Below are positions 28,365-38,903 of a DNA stretch of 64,000 bases, in pieces. Under the pieces are notes generated by a model that was given only the letters and a program-made list of their open reading frames with translations, did not search any database and was not told where the DNA came from. The position numbers and the translations under genes were made by a program. Within the stretch, counting starts at the first letter, position 1, and every line of letters starts with the position of its first letter. The stretch comes from an uncultured Acinetobacter sp. GTDB lineage: Bacteria > Cyanobacteriota > Vampirovibrionia > Gastranaerophilales > Gastranaerophilaceae. Location of the stretch: assembly GCA_900321205.1 (NCBI GenBank), contig ONVC01000001.1:20426-84425 (forward strand), given 5' to 3'.

Positions 28365-30158
28365 CTATGCCTTTGCAAAAGAGTAGTTTGAACGTGATGA
28401 GATTTCTTCTTTAAGTTTAGATATAAACTCATCTACGCTCAAAGTTCCTACCTGACCGATTCCTCTTGCGCGGACTGCAACTGAGTTTGATTCGATTTCT
28501 TTATCACCGATTACACAAACGTAGTTGATTTTTTTGTCCTGCAAGCTTTCTCTGATTTTGTAGTTCATAGATTCAGAACGGTCATCAAGATTTACTCTTA
28601 AACCTGCTTCACGCATTTTCTTGTAAACTTGTTCAGCAAAATCAACGTGTTTTTCGTTGCTGATAGGTACAATTGATACCTGAGTAGGAGCAAGCCAAGC
28701 AGGGAAGCAGCCTGCATAGTGTTCAATTAAGATGCCGTGGAATCTTTCCATTGAACCGAAGATTACTCTGTGTAACATAAGAGGTGTCTTCATGCTGCCG
28801 TCTTTATCCTGATACTTGATATCAAATCTTGCAGGAAGGTTAAAGTCAAGCTGGATAGTTGCACATTGCCATGTTCTTCCGATAGCGTCTTTAACCTTGA
28901 AGTCAATTTTCGGACCGTAGAATGCGCCGTCACCTTCGTTGATGTCGTATTTCATTCCTCTGCGTTCCATAGCTTCTTTCAAACCGGCTTCTGCTTTGTT
29001 CCAGTTTTCAAGTTCACCTACATAGCTTTCAGGTCTGGTTGAAAGTTCTACTTCAAATTCCATACCGAAGATTGCCATTGTGTCTGCAACAAAGTCGATA
29101 ATTGAGTTTATCTCATCAACCAGTTGTTCCGGTGTACAGAATATATGAGCATCATCCTGAGTGAATCCCTGAACACGTGTTAAGCCTGATAAAGCTCCTG
29201 ATTTTTCTTTTCTGTAAACAGTTCCGAGTTCTGCCATTCTGAGCGGAAGTGAACGGTATGAATATCTGTTTGCCTGATAAATCAGTATATGGAACGGGCA
29301 GTTCATAGGTTTAACTACATACTGGTCGTCAGAGTCTTCATCTTTTTGAATAAAGAACATATTTTCTTTGTAGTGATCCATGTGACCTGAGATTTCCCAG
29401 AGAGTTGATTTAGCTATTTGAGGAGTATTAACGATTACGTATCCTCTTTTTCTGTGTTCTTCTCTCCAGTAGTTTTCAATTTGTTCACGAACACATGCAA
29501 GGTTCGGGTGCCATAAAACAAGACCGCCGCCCATTTCTTCACGTGTTGAGAACAGGTCTAACTGCTTACCTAATTTTCTGTGGTCACGTTTTTCAGCTTC
29601 TTCAAGAAAAGTTAAGTAAGCCTGTAAATCTTCTTTGTTCCAGTATGCAGTCGCATAAATTCTTTGTAACATCTTGTTCTTTTCGTTACCGCGCCAGTAA
29701 GCACCTGCAACCTTCAGAAGCTTAATTGCGTTACCTTTAATGTAAGATGTGTTAGGGATGTGAGGTCCTGCACAAAGGTCGTTAAACAGAACGTTTCCGT
29801 CTTTGTCTTTTGTTAAGTATAAAGTCGGGTTGTCGTTTCTGTGTTCTTCCAACAGTTCTGCTTTGTAAACTTCGCCTTCTGCCTTAAATTCAGCAATTTT
29901 AGCATCAACGTCTTCTACAAAATATTTTTCAAATGTCAGATTTTCTTTGATGATATTTTTCATTTCGTCTTCGATTTTCTGAAGGTCGTCTTGCGTAAAT
30001 GCATAACCGTCAGTCAAATCAAAGTCATAATAAAATCCGTCATCGGTTGCCGGCCCGATAGCTAACTTTGCTTGTGGGAACAGCTTTTGTACGGCTTGCG
30101 CCATGATGTGAGAACAAGAGTGTCTGAGTGTTCTCAAAGTTTCGTTGTTTTTTTCCAT
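28365..30158 (-). CDS. thrS: Threonine--tRNA ligase (lacks N-terminal TGS domain)
   Basis: RHSCSH.MAQAV, DLCAGPH, RDHRKLG, KPMNCP.H, RVQGFTQDDAH, GAFYGPKID. Confidence 0.97.
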   Translation of the reverse strand: MEKNNETLRTLRHSCSHIMAQAVQKLFPQAKLAIGPATDDGFYYDFDLTDGYAFTQDDLQKIEDEMKNIIKENLTFEKYFVEDVDAKIAEFKAEGEVYKAELLEEHRNDNPTLYLTKDKDGNVLFNDLCAGPHIPNTSYIKGNAIKLLKVAGAYWRGNEKNKMLQRIYATAYWNKEDLQAYLTFLEEAEKRDHRKLGKQLDLFSTREEMGGGLVLWHPNLACVREQIENYWREEHRKRGYVIVNTPQIAKSTLWEISGHMDHYKENMFFIQKDEDSDDQYVVKPMNCPFHILIYQANRYSYRSLPLRMAELGTVYRKEKSGALSGLTRVQGFTQDDAHIFCTPEQLVDEINSIIDFVADTMAIFGMEFEVELSTRPESYVGELENWNKAEAGLKEAMERRGMKYDINEGDGAFYGPKIDFKVKDAIGRTWQCATIQLDFNLPARFDIKYQDKDGSMKTPLMLHRVIFGSMERFHGILIEHYAGCFPAWLAPTQVSIVPISNEKHVDFAEQVYKKMREAGLRVNLDDRSESMNYKIRESLQDKKINYVCVIGDKEIESNSVAVRARGIGQVGTLSVDEFISKLKEEISSRSNYSFAKA

Positions 30159-30432
30159 TTTCTTCTCTTTCTATCCTTGTCACGTAAGCCGTATAAATAT
30201 TTAATAACCTTTTAAATATTTACCCCTCTCCGCCTGTCAAATCAGAGATTTGTTCGCTTCGTTCATATACATTCACTTCGCAACGGCGTACCGGGCTTAT
30301 ACTCTAGTATGTATTATTACAAACTATTTGTATTTACCCCTCGTAGTGTTTTGTTCTCCAAAGTATTATCCTCCGATAACACTTTTCGGACTTCACACCG
30401 GCTACGCATGGGTGGATCCCCTTAACTATTAC
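30159..30432 (-). other. Long structured 5' leader or ncRNA upstream of thrS
   Basis: Extended -10 TGGTAAACT at about 30447-30439. Stem GCGTAGCCGG/CCGGTACGC encloses hairpins such as AAGTGTTATC-GGAG-GATAATACTT. Confidence 0.45.
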
Positions 30433-30515
30433 AAAGATAGTTTACCACAAAACTTCCTAAAAAAATACCAAACCGGAGCTTGATATGAATTTTTTAGCAG
30501 CACTAACATACAAAT

Positions 30516-30815
30516 ATGAAGGTTTTATTTCTTGTATTATTTTTCTGTTTTACTATTCTGCCAATTTATTCTTATTCTTCTGAAGCTTCTAAATTTGCGG
30601 AAAGAGAATATGCCAAAAAGAATAATTGTGAAAAAGTTAAAATAAACATGAAAAAAGAATACTCGACGGAGTATCAACAAGATACAGGGAAAATAATAAT
30701 TTACGGCTGGGGTGATATCAAAATAAAAGGTTGTAAAAAGAAAAAAATAACTTATGTTGTTTTGTTGGATAATTTTGGTAAACCCGGCTGGAGTAGTATA
30801 AATTTTTACAAATAA
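30516..30815 (+). CDS. Small exported hypothetical protein
   Basis: Hydrophobic signal peptide, two Cys in the mature part. Confidence 0.65.
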   Translation: MKVLFLVLFFCFTILPIYSYSSEASKFAEREYAKKNNCEKVKINMKKEYSTEYQQDTGKIIIYGWGDIKIKGCKKKKITYVVLLDNFGKPGWSSINFYK

Positions 30816-30847
30816 AACGACCTCGCTTTTGCGAGGTCGTTTTTTTA
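30814..30847. terminator. Bidirectional terminator
   Basis: AAAACGACCTCGC-tttt-GCGAGGTCGTTTT. Confidence 0.85.
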
Positions 30848-30859
30848 ACCTTATACAGA

Positions 30860-31405
30860 TTAGTCAGCAAAGTATCTTGCCAAAAGTCCGTCAAAACCTC
30901 TGCCATGACGAGCTTCGTCTTTTGCCATTTCGTGAACAGTATCGTGAATAGCATCAAGATTAAGTTCTTTAGCACGTTTAGCAAGTTTTAATTTTCCGTC
31001 ACAAGCACCAAATTCTGCTTCTGCTCTCATTTCAAGATTTCTTCTTGTAGAGTTTGTAAGAACTTCACCCAAGAGCTCAGCAAATCTTGAAGCGTGGTCA
31101 GCTTCTTCAAAAGCATATCTTTTGAAGGCTTCTGCAATTTCAGGATAACCTTCTCTGTCAGCTTGTCTTGACATTGCAAGGTACATGCCGACTTCTGCAC
31201 ATTCGCCGTTAAAGTTAGCTCTTAAACCTTCCATTATTTGAGGGTCCAAGTCACGAGCTATACCGACTCTGTGTTCATCAGCATACTCTTTGTTGCCGTC
31301 TTCCATTTTTGTAAAAACTTCTCTTACAGCACCGCAAACCGGACAAGTTTCCGGAGCTTCGCCTTCTACTGTAAATCCGCATACTGAACATACATATTTT
31401 GTCAT
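30860..31405 (-). CDS. rbr: Reverse rubrerythrin (N-terminal rubredoxin plus diiron domain; NADH peroxidase)
   Basis: CSVCG...[38 protein letters not shown]. Confidence 0.9.
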   Translation of the reverse strand: MTKYVCSVCGFTVEGEAPETCPVCGAVREVFTKMEDGNKEYADEHRVGIARDLDPQIMEGLRANFNGECAEVGMYLAMSRQADREGYPEIAEAFKRYAFEEADHASRFAELLGEVLTNSTRRNLEMRAEAEFGACDGKLKLAKRAKELNLDAIHDTVHEMAKDEARHGRGFDGLLARYFAD

Positions 31406-31570
31406 AATTTTATCTCCCTTTCTAAATAAGACACAAGCGTATTATACCATGGAAGAAAATATAATAAAAGCACGTTATTTTATTTTTCTCATGAAAAAAG
31501 AACGTTGTTGCCGTTCTCTTTCTATTTTTAAGTAATGTTGATGATTTCTCTTTTCTCTTAGGACTTACAC

Positions 31571-31870
31571 CTATTTTATTTGGATATCATCTGTGGCTTG
31601 AAGCTGTTTTGACTTGTAGTTGTGGATGACTGCGTCAACCAGTAAGTCGTAAGAAGAGCTTTTCTCGATGTTCGGGAATTCTTCTTTTAATTGTTGCCTG
31701 ACCATTGCTTCCAGCCTGTGTTCGTCAGCTTTTATTTTAAGTTCATTACTTGATAGTGATTGTATAAAATCTTCGCGTCCCTGAGCCTGGTTTTGTGCAA
31801 ACGCATTAAGGTTTGCTCTCGGATCTAACGCTTCTTTTACTGAGTTAATAAATTTTTTTAGGTTTGTCAT
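31571..31870 (-). CDS. Hypothetical protein
   Basis: 99-aa ORF, RBS GAGG. Confidence 0.7.
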   Translation of the reverse strand: MTNLKKFINSVKEALDPRANLNAFAQNQAQGREDFIQSLSSNELKIKADEHRLEAMVRQQLKEEFPNIEKSSSYDLLVDAVIHNYKSKQLQATDDIQIK

Positions 31871-31954
31871 ACAGACCTCACTTTTACTACTACCTTCATT
31901 TTGTATTTATATAAAGTTCCCTCAACGGAGAAATTGCCTAAAATTTTTTAAATC

Positions 31955-31972
31955 GTAACAATTGTTTACAAT
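31955..31972 (+). promoter_or_regulatory. HLR1-like tandem repeat (one mismatch)
   Basis: GTAACAAT-TG-TTTACAAT, 85 nt upstream of ATG 31870. Confidence 0.55.
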
Positions 31973-31997
31973 TTAATTTCAGGAGCTAATTTTACTC

Positions 31998-33989
31998 TTA
32001 TAATTTAGCAAAATCAGTTAACATTATATACTTATTTTTCAAACAGTTCAAGAGAGCAAGACGATTGTTTTTAATCTTTTCGTCTTTGTCCATGACAAGT
32101 ACGTCATCAAAGAACTTTGTAACAACAGGATTTATTGAGATTAAATCACTCAGGTATTTGTTGTAATCTCCTGCAAAGTTTACCCCCTGAACAGCTTCAA
32201 ATAAGTCTTTTTCAGCCTGTTCAACAAATAGAGATGCACTTACGGAAACATTTACATCATCTTTTAATATTCTGAGTACTCTGTTAGCATTTTCTAAAAG
32301 TTTTTCGTCATGCAATGCTGAAATAGCTTTTACTCTCAAAAGGTAATCACAAAGGTCTTTGCACGGATTTATTCCTGCACATGCTTCAAGAACATTCTTT
32401 GAATAATCAGAGTTTAAGAAAATAATTAATCTCTGAACAAAGAACTCTTCTACATCTGCCTTAATGTCTGCCTTGATTGGCAATAAAGCAATTGAGTCAT
32501 CAATAACATTTGATAAATCCAGTTTTAAATTATGTTCCAGAATTGTTTTAATAATCCCGAGTGCTGCACGTCTTACACCAAGAGGGTCAGATGAACCTGT
32601 CGGTTTTTTACCTGCTGCAAACACTGCGCAGATTGTATCGATTTTATCTGCAATCCCAACAACCTGGCCTTCTATGCTTTTAGCGGTTTCAGAATCTGCG
32701 TTAAGCGGGAAGTAGTGTTCTCTGATACCGTCCTGAACGCCCTGTTCTTCGCCGCTTACACGAGCGTAATCCGCTCCGATAAATCCCTGAAGCTCGGTAA
32801 ACTCAAACACAAGGTTCGTTGCTAAATCAGCCTTGCAAAGCTCTGCCGTTCTTTTGATTGAAGGCTTGTTTACACCGAGAGATGAGGCAATTTTTTCTGA
32901 AAGCTTAATAATTCTTTGTGTTTTATCATAAACTGAACCCATGCCTTTTTGGAAAGTCATGCCTTTCAGGCTTTCAACATAGCTTTCAAGCGGTTTTTTT
33001 GTATCTTCATTAAAGAAGAATACAGCATCATCAAGACGAGCCTTGATAACACGAAGGTTACCGGCTTTAATATTTTCAAATTCGTTGCCGATATAATTTG
33101 TAATTGTTACAAATTTATTAATTAATTTTCCTGTTTTTTCATAAAGAGCAAAATATCTCTGATGAGTTTCCATAACGGTTACTGCAACTTCCTGCGGAAT
33201 AGTAAGATATGCTGTATCAAAATCGCAGGTAACGGCAACAGGATATTCAACAATAAATGTAACTTCTTCCAGTAAATCGTCAGATATTTTTGTTACTGCA
33301 TTAAGTTTGCCAGCCTCGAGATTAGTAAGCTCAATTATTTTATTTCTGCGTTCATCCTGGTCTACAATAACTTTGGCATTTCTTAGTTTGTCAACATATT
33401 CATCAGGATTATTGATAACTATATTTTGCGTTGAAAATCTGTGACCGTTTGTAATGTTTGAGGAGTCTTTATCAATTATTCTTACAGGCACTTGTTCGCT
33501 ATCCAAAATAGAAAGTACCCATCTGATAGGGCGTGAAAATTTAATATCATTTGCTCCCCATCTCATAAAGTGAGGTCCCTGAAGTTTGGAGAAAATCAGA
33601 GGTACGTTTTCCTGTAATAAGTCTTTTGTATTTTTACCTTTAATAGATATTTTTGCAAAAACATAATTGTCTTCAATATATAAATCGTCTTTTGAAACAC
33701 CGTTTTTATTTGCAAAACCTTCTCCTGCTTTGGTGAGATTTCCTGATTCATCAAAAGCAACTTTCGCAATAGGACCTTTTACAGTTTTTTCTAAGTCCGG
33801 CTGAGAAGCAGAAAGTCCGTCAACAATAACGGCAAGTCGTCTGGGTGTTGCCATAACTTTTACATTTGAAAAACTTACGTTATTGTCATTTAAAAATTTT
33901 TCAAAACCCTGTTTTAACTGATCTATAGCCATGGGGATAAATTTGTAAGGTAATTCTTCTACACCAACTTCAAATAAATATTTACTCAT
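31998..33989 (-). CDS. glyS: Glycine--tRNA ligase beta subunit
   Basis: LFEVGVEELP, TPRRLAV, MRWG...F.RPIRW, ARL.DA.FF, EF.ELQG, PTGSSDP.G.RRAA. Confidence 0.96.
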   Translation of the reverse strand: MSKYLFEVGVEELPYKFIPMAIDQLKQGFEKFLNDNNVSFSNVKVMATPRRLAVIVDGLSASQPDLEKTVKGPIAKVAFDESGNLTKAGEGFANKNGVSKDDLYIEDNYVFAKISIKGKNTKDLLQENVPLIFSKLQGPHFMRWGANDIKFSRPIRWVLSILDSEQVPVRIIDKDSSNITNGHRFSTQNIVINNPDEYVDKLRNAKVIVDQDERRNKIIELTNLEAGKLNAVTKISDDLLEEVTFIVEYPVAVTCDFDTAYLTIPQEVAVTVMETHQRYFALYEKTGKLINKFVTITNYIGNEFENIKAGNLRVIKARLDDAVFFFNEDTKKPLESYVESLKGMTFQKGMGSVYDKTQRIIKLSEKIASSLGVNKPSIKRTAELCKADLATNLVFEFTELQGFIGADYARVSGEEQGVQDGIREHYFPLNADSETAKSIEGQVVGIADKIDTICAVFAAGKKPTGSSDPLGVRRAALGIIKTILEHNLKLDLSNVIDDSIALLPIKADIKADVEEFFVQRLIIFLNSDYSKNVLEACAGINPCKDLCDYLLRVKAISALHDEKLLENANRVLRILKDDVNVSVSASLFVEQAEKDLFEAVQGVNFAGDYNKYLSDLISINPVVTKFFDDVLVMDKDEKIKNNRLALLNCLKNKYIMLTDFAKL

Positions 33990-34104
33990 TTTTTTCTCCG
34001 TTTATATTTCAATTAATATAATTATACTATAAAGGAGTTATTACGATAGCAAATAATTTTTTTTTGTACTTTAAAGATAATGTAAATATGCAAAGGAGTT
34101 ATGT

Positions 34105-34620
34105 ATGCAGATAAATAGTATCAGTTCTCAGACAAATTTTAAATCAAAGATTTTGCCAAATGCTGCATTAGAGCAGTCTTTTGACAGTGCGATAAAAGAA
34201 CAGGACAGATTTTTCGCAAAGGCGGTAAATGCATTATTAAAAGACGGAAAAAGTGATGTTTTGGAACTCAAAAAAAGAAATAACCACAATATGAGTTTAT
34301 ATGTAAACGGAGAGATAGAGGACGAGGGGCAAACATTTGTAAATTATTACAGAAATGTAGGAGCTGATTTGATTAAAAAATATGCCGCAAAAAATGAGCT
34401 TGCTAACAATTTTGCCGCCAAATACAGCATTTTATCAAATAAGGAAAAAGAACTCGTAGATGAAGATGTAACTTTGATTAAATTATTATCGGAAAATTTT
34501 GAATCAGGAGTTAACTTTATAGAAAATGTTCAGATTGTTTTAGATAAAATGAAAAAGAAACTTGATAATAATACAACAAAAGAAATATCAGAACTTAAAA
34601 AATTAATCTTTGGTCAATAG
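34105..34620 (+). CDS. Hypothetical protein with MQINSISSQTNFKS N-terminus
   Basis: 171-aa ORF, RBS AAGGAG. Confidence 0.75.
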   Translation: MQINSISSQTNFKSKILPNAALEQSFDSAIKEQDRFFAKAVNALLKDGKSDVLELKKRNNHNMSLYVNGEIEDEGQTFVNYYRNVGADLIKKYAAKNELANNFAAKYSILSNKEKELVDEDVTLIKLLSENFESGVNFIENVQIVLDKMKKKLDNNTTKEISELKKLIFGQ

Positions 34621-34640
34621 AATTATATTTTTTGAGAATA

Positions 34641-34674
34641 AAAAAACTCTCCGAGAATATCCGGAGAGTTTTTT
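34641..34674. terminator. Bidirectional terminator
   Basis: AAAAAACTCTCCG-agaatatc-CGGAGAGTTTTTT. Confidence 0.85.
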
Positions 34675-34692
34675 GTAAAATTTTCAGTTTAA

Positions 34693-34917
34693 TTATCTTA
34701 ATCTTACTGTTACAGATTTAGCTTTTTGAGTGTATTCAAGCTTGTCTTCTCTTGATAACCAGCCTAAACCCATTTCAGCAAAATTGTCAGCTAAGCTCAA
34801 ATCTTTTTTCATTTTGTTGATTGAAACTTCACCTTTAGTGTTAAGGTAGTTGTAGATTGTACCAGCTGATTCGATAATTTGTTCTTGGATGCCTTTTACT
34901 TCTTTAATTTTTGCCAT
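34693..34917 (-). CDS. Small winged-helix protein (DUF2582-like)
   Basis: I.ESAG.IY.YL..KG...MGLGWLSREDKL. Start ATG 34917 with RBS AAGGAG. Confidence 0.75.
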   Translation of the reverse strand: MAKIKEVKGIQEQIIESAGTIYNYLNTKGEVSINKMKKDLSLADNFAEMGLGWLSREDKLEYTQKAKSVTVRLR

Positions 34918-35039
34918 TTTAAATCTCCTTCTATGTGTGTGTTTTGCGAACATCTCTGTTCACAATTTATTTTATAAAAAATTTTAAATTTTTGCAAGTG
35001 TTTTTTCTACAATTTATGTTAAAATAATACGTACGTAGT

Positions 35040-38000
35040 ATGTTATTAAATTCTATTAAAGCTGATTATCGTGAAAATGCTATCACGAAAAGATATTTTG
35101 AACTTATCTCTGCTGGTGCGAAACCGTCAGAAATACTGGTTCTTACCCAGAATTCAAATTCAAAAAAAAGACTTCAAAATATAATTCTGGAAAAAATTCC
35201 GATTGATGCAATTGAAAAAATAAATGTTCATTCTTTTTTCTCAATTGTATATAATACTTTACAAGAAAACTGGTGTTTTATAGAAAATTCAATAAAAGGC
35301 GAAAAATCTTTTATTCTCCCAAACCTTGTCGGGCTCGAAGTTTCACAGTTCCTCTTAAAGGATCTTTTGAAGAATATAGTTGTCAAAGGATATAATTCAA
35401 AAAAATCTCTGCTTCATCAGATTTTCAGGAGATATTCTTTGATTGTTCAGAATAATTTATCTAATGATGAAGTAAAAGAAAGAGCAAAGATATTAAAAGA
35501 GTCTTTTGCAGATGATGCTGAACTTATAATCAAGAAACTTATGTCAACAACGCTAAAAACCAGAAGTTTTGATTATCTCAGGCAGACGCTTATTTTTAAT
35601 TTTGTTTACAGGAATACGGATTATTTTAAAAATATAAAATATCTGCTTGTTGATGATGCGGATGAAATGACTCCTGTTTGTTTTGATTTTATTGAATATT
35701 TAAAACCACAGCTCAAAGACCGGCTGATTTGTTTTGATACTCTCGGCTCTTCAAGGTGCGGATACCTGAGTGCGGATACTTCGGTTGAATACAAGCTGAA
35801 AAAATTATTCAACGAAGAAGTTATATCAAATGAAAAAGAAGAGTTTATAAACGGTGACATTATTTTCTCAAATGTTATGGAAGATAAACATGAGCCTCTG
35901 GAAAGATTTTCTCTTACTTCTCTTTCTAAACGTGCTGAAATACTGGATTACACTGTATCTAAAATTAAGGAGTTACTTGATCAAAAAAATATTTCTCCGA
36001 AAGATATTGCAGTAATTTCTCCCGTTCAGGATGACATGCTTAAATTTACTTTACGGGAAATGCTTTCTGATATTTGTGATCCTGTATTTCTAAGCGGAAG
36101 TGAAAAACTTGTAAATAATTCGCTTGTTAAAGCAAGTTTAAATATTCTGCGGCTTATACTCGGGCTTGAGGTATCCGAAATGGATTTAAGAAGCGTAATT
36201 TCAGATTATATAGGAATTCCTGTTATTTATTCCAAAGATATATTTGATAATTATAAAAAGACAGGAACTTTGCCCGAAAAAATAGAAAAATATGATGAAA
36301 AATATCAAAAATTTTACAAGGTTTTTTCAGAACTAAAAAACAAAAATGAAAAACTTTCTCTGAAAGTTTATAAAATGTTTACCGCAGTTAAGGATTTTGT
36401 TGATAAAGAACAAATTAACAAATTTAATTTCTTCCTGAAAGAGTTGAGAGATTTTGAAACCGTATTGGGCGAGCAGGGAGTAAACGACCGAATTCAGGAT
36501 ATTATTGTGCATTTTGAGAATTCAATAATTGCAGAAAATCCTAATACAACACTTGAAATTTTGCAGGATGATTTAATCATAGCAACTCCGCAAAAAATTA
36601 TAGATAATAAAATATCAACAAAATATCAGTTCTGGCTTGATGTTTCACATTCAGACTGGGTTAAAACGGATACCGGACCTTTATATAATGCCTGGGTTAT
36701 GCAGAAGGACTGGTCAAAAGATGAATATACGGTAGAAGATGATATCTTTTTATCAAGACAGAAAACTGCACGTATTCTGAGGAAACTTTTGTTACTTGCT
36801 CAGGTTCATACTTATGCAGTTTCAAGTTTGTTTGACGCATCAGGAACGGAAAACCTGGGAGGAATACAAAAATATATTGAGTCTTCTGCCGGTGAAGTTT
36901 ATGAGTCAAAACATGCTATTAAATTAACACCGAGAGACGATCAAAGACCTGTGCTTGAATACAAAAAAGGTTCAATGGCTATATCAGCCGTTCCCGGTGC
37001 GGGGAAAACAACAATTCTTCTTTTACTTATTATCAAATTGATGTCGAGAGGTATTAATCCGAATAACATTTATGTATTAACTTATATGGATTCTGCGGCA
37101 AGAAATTTCAGAGAACGTATAAAAAATATGTGCCCGGAATCAGTTATTCTTCCTAACATAAGTACGATACACGGACTTGCTCTCAGGATACTGAAAGAAA
37201 ACTCAAATTTTGAAAGACTTAGTCTTACGGACGATTTTGATATCTGTGATGATACGCAAAGAATGAGAATTATTCGTGCAATCAGCGGTAAAATCGGTAA
37301 AACGGAACTGGAAGATTTTGATAAAGCTATATCTGTTTTTAAGCTTCAGGAAGGAAATATAGAAACTCCGACAGCTAATAAGAAGATAGAAAAATTTAAA
37401 AACTTTTATAAAGAATATCAGGCTCAGTTAAAAGAAGCAAATATGATAGATTATGATGACATTTTGATTTTGTCGGTGAAACTTCTTGAAAATAACCCTG
37501 ATATTTTAGAATATTATCAGAATATTTGCGAATATATTATTGAAGATGAAGCTCAGGATTCGTCAGGGGTTCAGCAAAAATTAATAGGACTTTTAAGCGG
37601 CAAAAACAAAAATCTTATAAGGTGCGGTGATATTAATCAGGCGATTACGACAACATTTTCAAATGCAGATGTGGAAGGTTTCAGACACTTTATTCAGACT
37701 GCTGATAAAACCGTTGAAATGAACCATTCTCAAAGGTGCGCTCAGGAAGTTATGAATCTTGCTAACAAACTTGTTGATTGGGGTTTGAAACTTTTACCGA
37801 AAGCATTCTTTAAGAGTTATATGCTTGGTGTCGAGGGCAAAAACCCCGTATCCCAAAATGCAATATCTTCTTTTATTTTTGAAAATCCTTTTGCGGAAAG
37901 GAATTATGTTCTCAAAGAGATAAAAAACATACTTACAAAGGACAAAAAAGCAACTGTCGGCATTCTTTTAAGGGGTAACTTTCAGGTTGCAGCCTGGACA

Positions 38001-38858
38001 TCTTTTATTAATGACTCCGGATTAAAAACAATAACAAGAAGTGAATCTCTGGGACAAAAAGGAGTGTTTAACACAATTTTTTCAATATTAAAATTTGTTC
38101 AGACCCCTTTTGATAATGAAGTTCTGTCATCAACTTATGAAAAACTTGCAGAACTCGGCTTTTATAAACAGCGTTTACAGCTGGAAATTAAAAATTCCGA
38201 GCGGCCTTTTATTTGCAGAAGTTGTGATGATATAGAAAATAATTCTCTTGCCCAGTTTTTGCTGGATATGCAGTACTGGCTCGCTTCTTCAACGCTTCCG
38301 CTGGAAGAACTTGTTATACGAATCGGTCTTTTTTATTACACAAGCGATATAGAAAAATCAAATGTATATCTGATAGCCATTCTTATTAAACGTCTTAACG
38401 CATCTGGTGATTTTGATTTAACACTTCAACGTTTGGAAGAACTTGCAAAAAAACCGTCACTGAGCGGATTTAAGTTCTTCTCGGAAGAAGAGGATAAAGA
38501 GGCGGCAAAAGGAAAAGTTCAGATAATGACACTTCATAAATCAAAAGGTGATGAGTTTGATTATGTATTTTTGCCTGAGCTTACGGAAAAAATGTTGTCA
38601 ATAGATGTAAGCAAAGCTAAACTGAAAACATCTTCAACTTTTATGGAGGATGTAAAATCTTTTAACCCCAAATATAAACATAAATCAGAACAGGAGCTTA
38701 AAGAGTTCAATGCGGAAGAAACTTTAAGGCTTTTGTATGTTGCTATAACAAGAGCGCAGAAAAAATTATATTTAACCTCAAGCTCTAAAAACAAGTTCAA
38801 AGGTCAGGAATATACTCAGGAACCAAGCATAATATTCCACGAAATATTACAAAAATAG
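35040..38858 (+). CDS. UvrD/PcrA-family helicase with two tandem helicase modules (N-terminal one degenerate)
   Basis: C-terminal module has AVPGAGKT, DEAQD, GDINQAI, MTLHKSKGDEF, RLLYVAITRA. N-terminal module has ILVLT and LLVDDADE but no Walker A. Confidence 0.85.
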   Translation: MLLNSIKADYRENAITKRYFELISAGAKPSEILVLTQNSNSKKRLQNIILEKIPIDAIEKINVHSFFSIVYNTLQENWCFIENSIKGEKSFILPNLVGLEVSQFLLKDLLKNIVVKGYNSKKSLLHQIFRRYSLIVQNNLSNDEVKERAKILKESFADDAELIIKKLMSTTLKTRSFDYLRQTLIFNFVYRNTDYFKNIKYLLVDDADEMTPVCFDFIEYLKPQLKDRLICFDTLGSSRCGYLSADTSVEYKLKKLFNEEVISNEKEEFINGDIIFSNVMEDKHEPLERFSLTSLSKRAEILDYTVSKIKELLDQKNISPKDIAVISPVQDDMLKFTLREMLSDICDPVFLSGSEKLVNNSLVKASLNILRLILGLEVSEMDLRSVISDYIGIPVIYSKDIFDNYKKTGTLPEKIEKYDEKYQKFYKVFSELKNKNEKLSLKVYKMFTAVKDFVDKEQINKFNFFLKELRDFETVLGEQGVNDRIQDIIVHFENSIIAENPNTTLEILQDDLIIATPQKIIDNKISTKYQFWLDVSHSDWVKTDTGPLYNAWVMQKDWSKDEYTVEDDIFLSRQKTARILRKLLLLAQVHTYAVSSLFDASGTENLGGIQKYIESSAGEVYESKHAIKLTPRDDQRPVLEYKKGSMAISAVPGAGKTTILLLLIIKLMSRGINPNNIYVLTYMDSAARNFRERIKNMCPESVILPNISTIHGLALRILKENSNFERLSLTDDFDICDDTQRMRIIRAISGKIGKTELEDFDKAISVFKLQEGNIETPTANKKIEKFKNFYKEYQAQLKEANMIDYDDILILSVKLLENNPDILEYYQNICEYIIEDEAQDSSGVQQKLIGLLSGKNKNLIRCGDINQAITTTFSNADVEGFRHFIQTADKTVEMNHSQRCAQEVMNLANKLVDWGLKLLPKAFFKSYMLGVEGKNPVSQNAISSFIFENPFAERNYVLKEIKNILTKDKKATVGILLRGNFQVAAWTSFINDSGLKTITRSESLGQKGVFNTIFSILKFVQTPFDNEVLSSTYEKLAELGFYKQRLQLEIKNSERPFICRSCDDIENNSLAQFLLDMQYWLASSTLPLEELVIRIGLFYYTSDIEKSNVYLIAILIKRLNASGDFDLTLQRLEELAKKPSLSGFKFFSEEEDKEAAKGKVQIMTLHKSKGDEFDYVFLPELTEKMLSIDVSKAKLKTSSTFMEDVKSFNPKYKHKSEQELKEFNAEETLRLLYVAITRAQKKLYLTSSSKNKFKGQEYTQEPSIIFHEILQK

Positions 38859-38879
38859 CAGTTTGCGACTGCTATTTTT
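38851..38879. terminator. Bidirectional terminator
   Basis: AAAAATAGCAGT-ttgcg-ACTGCTATTTTT. Confidence 0.8.
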
Positions 38880-38903
38880 ATTATATGAATAATATAAACA
38901 GAT

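Noticed and set aside
30159-30483. T-box riboswitch upstream of thrS, and ORF 30250..30483
   Set aside because: No T-box GGTGGNACC motif or terminator/antiterminator before the start. The ORF is antisense to the leader with no RBS or protein-like features.
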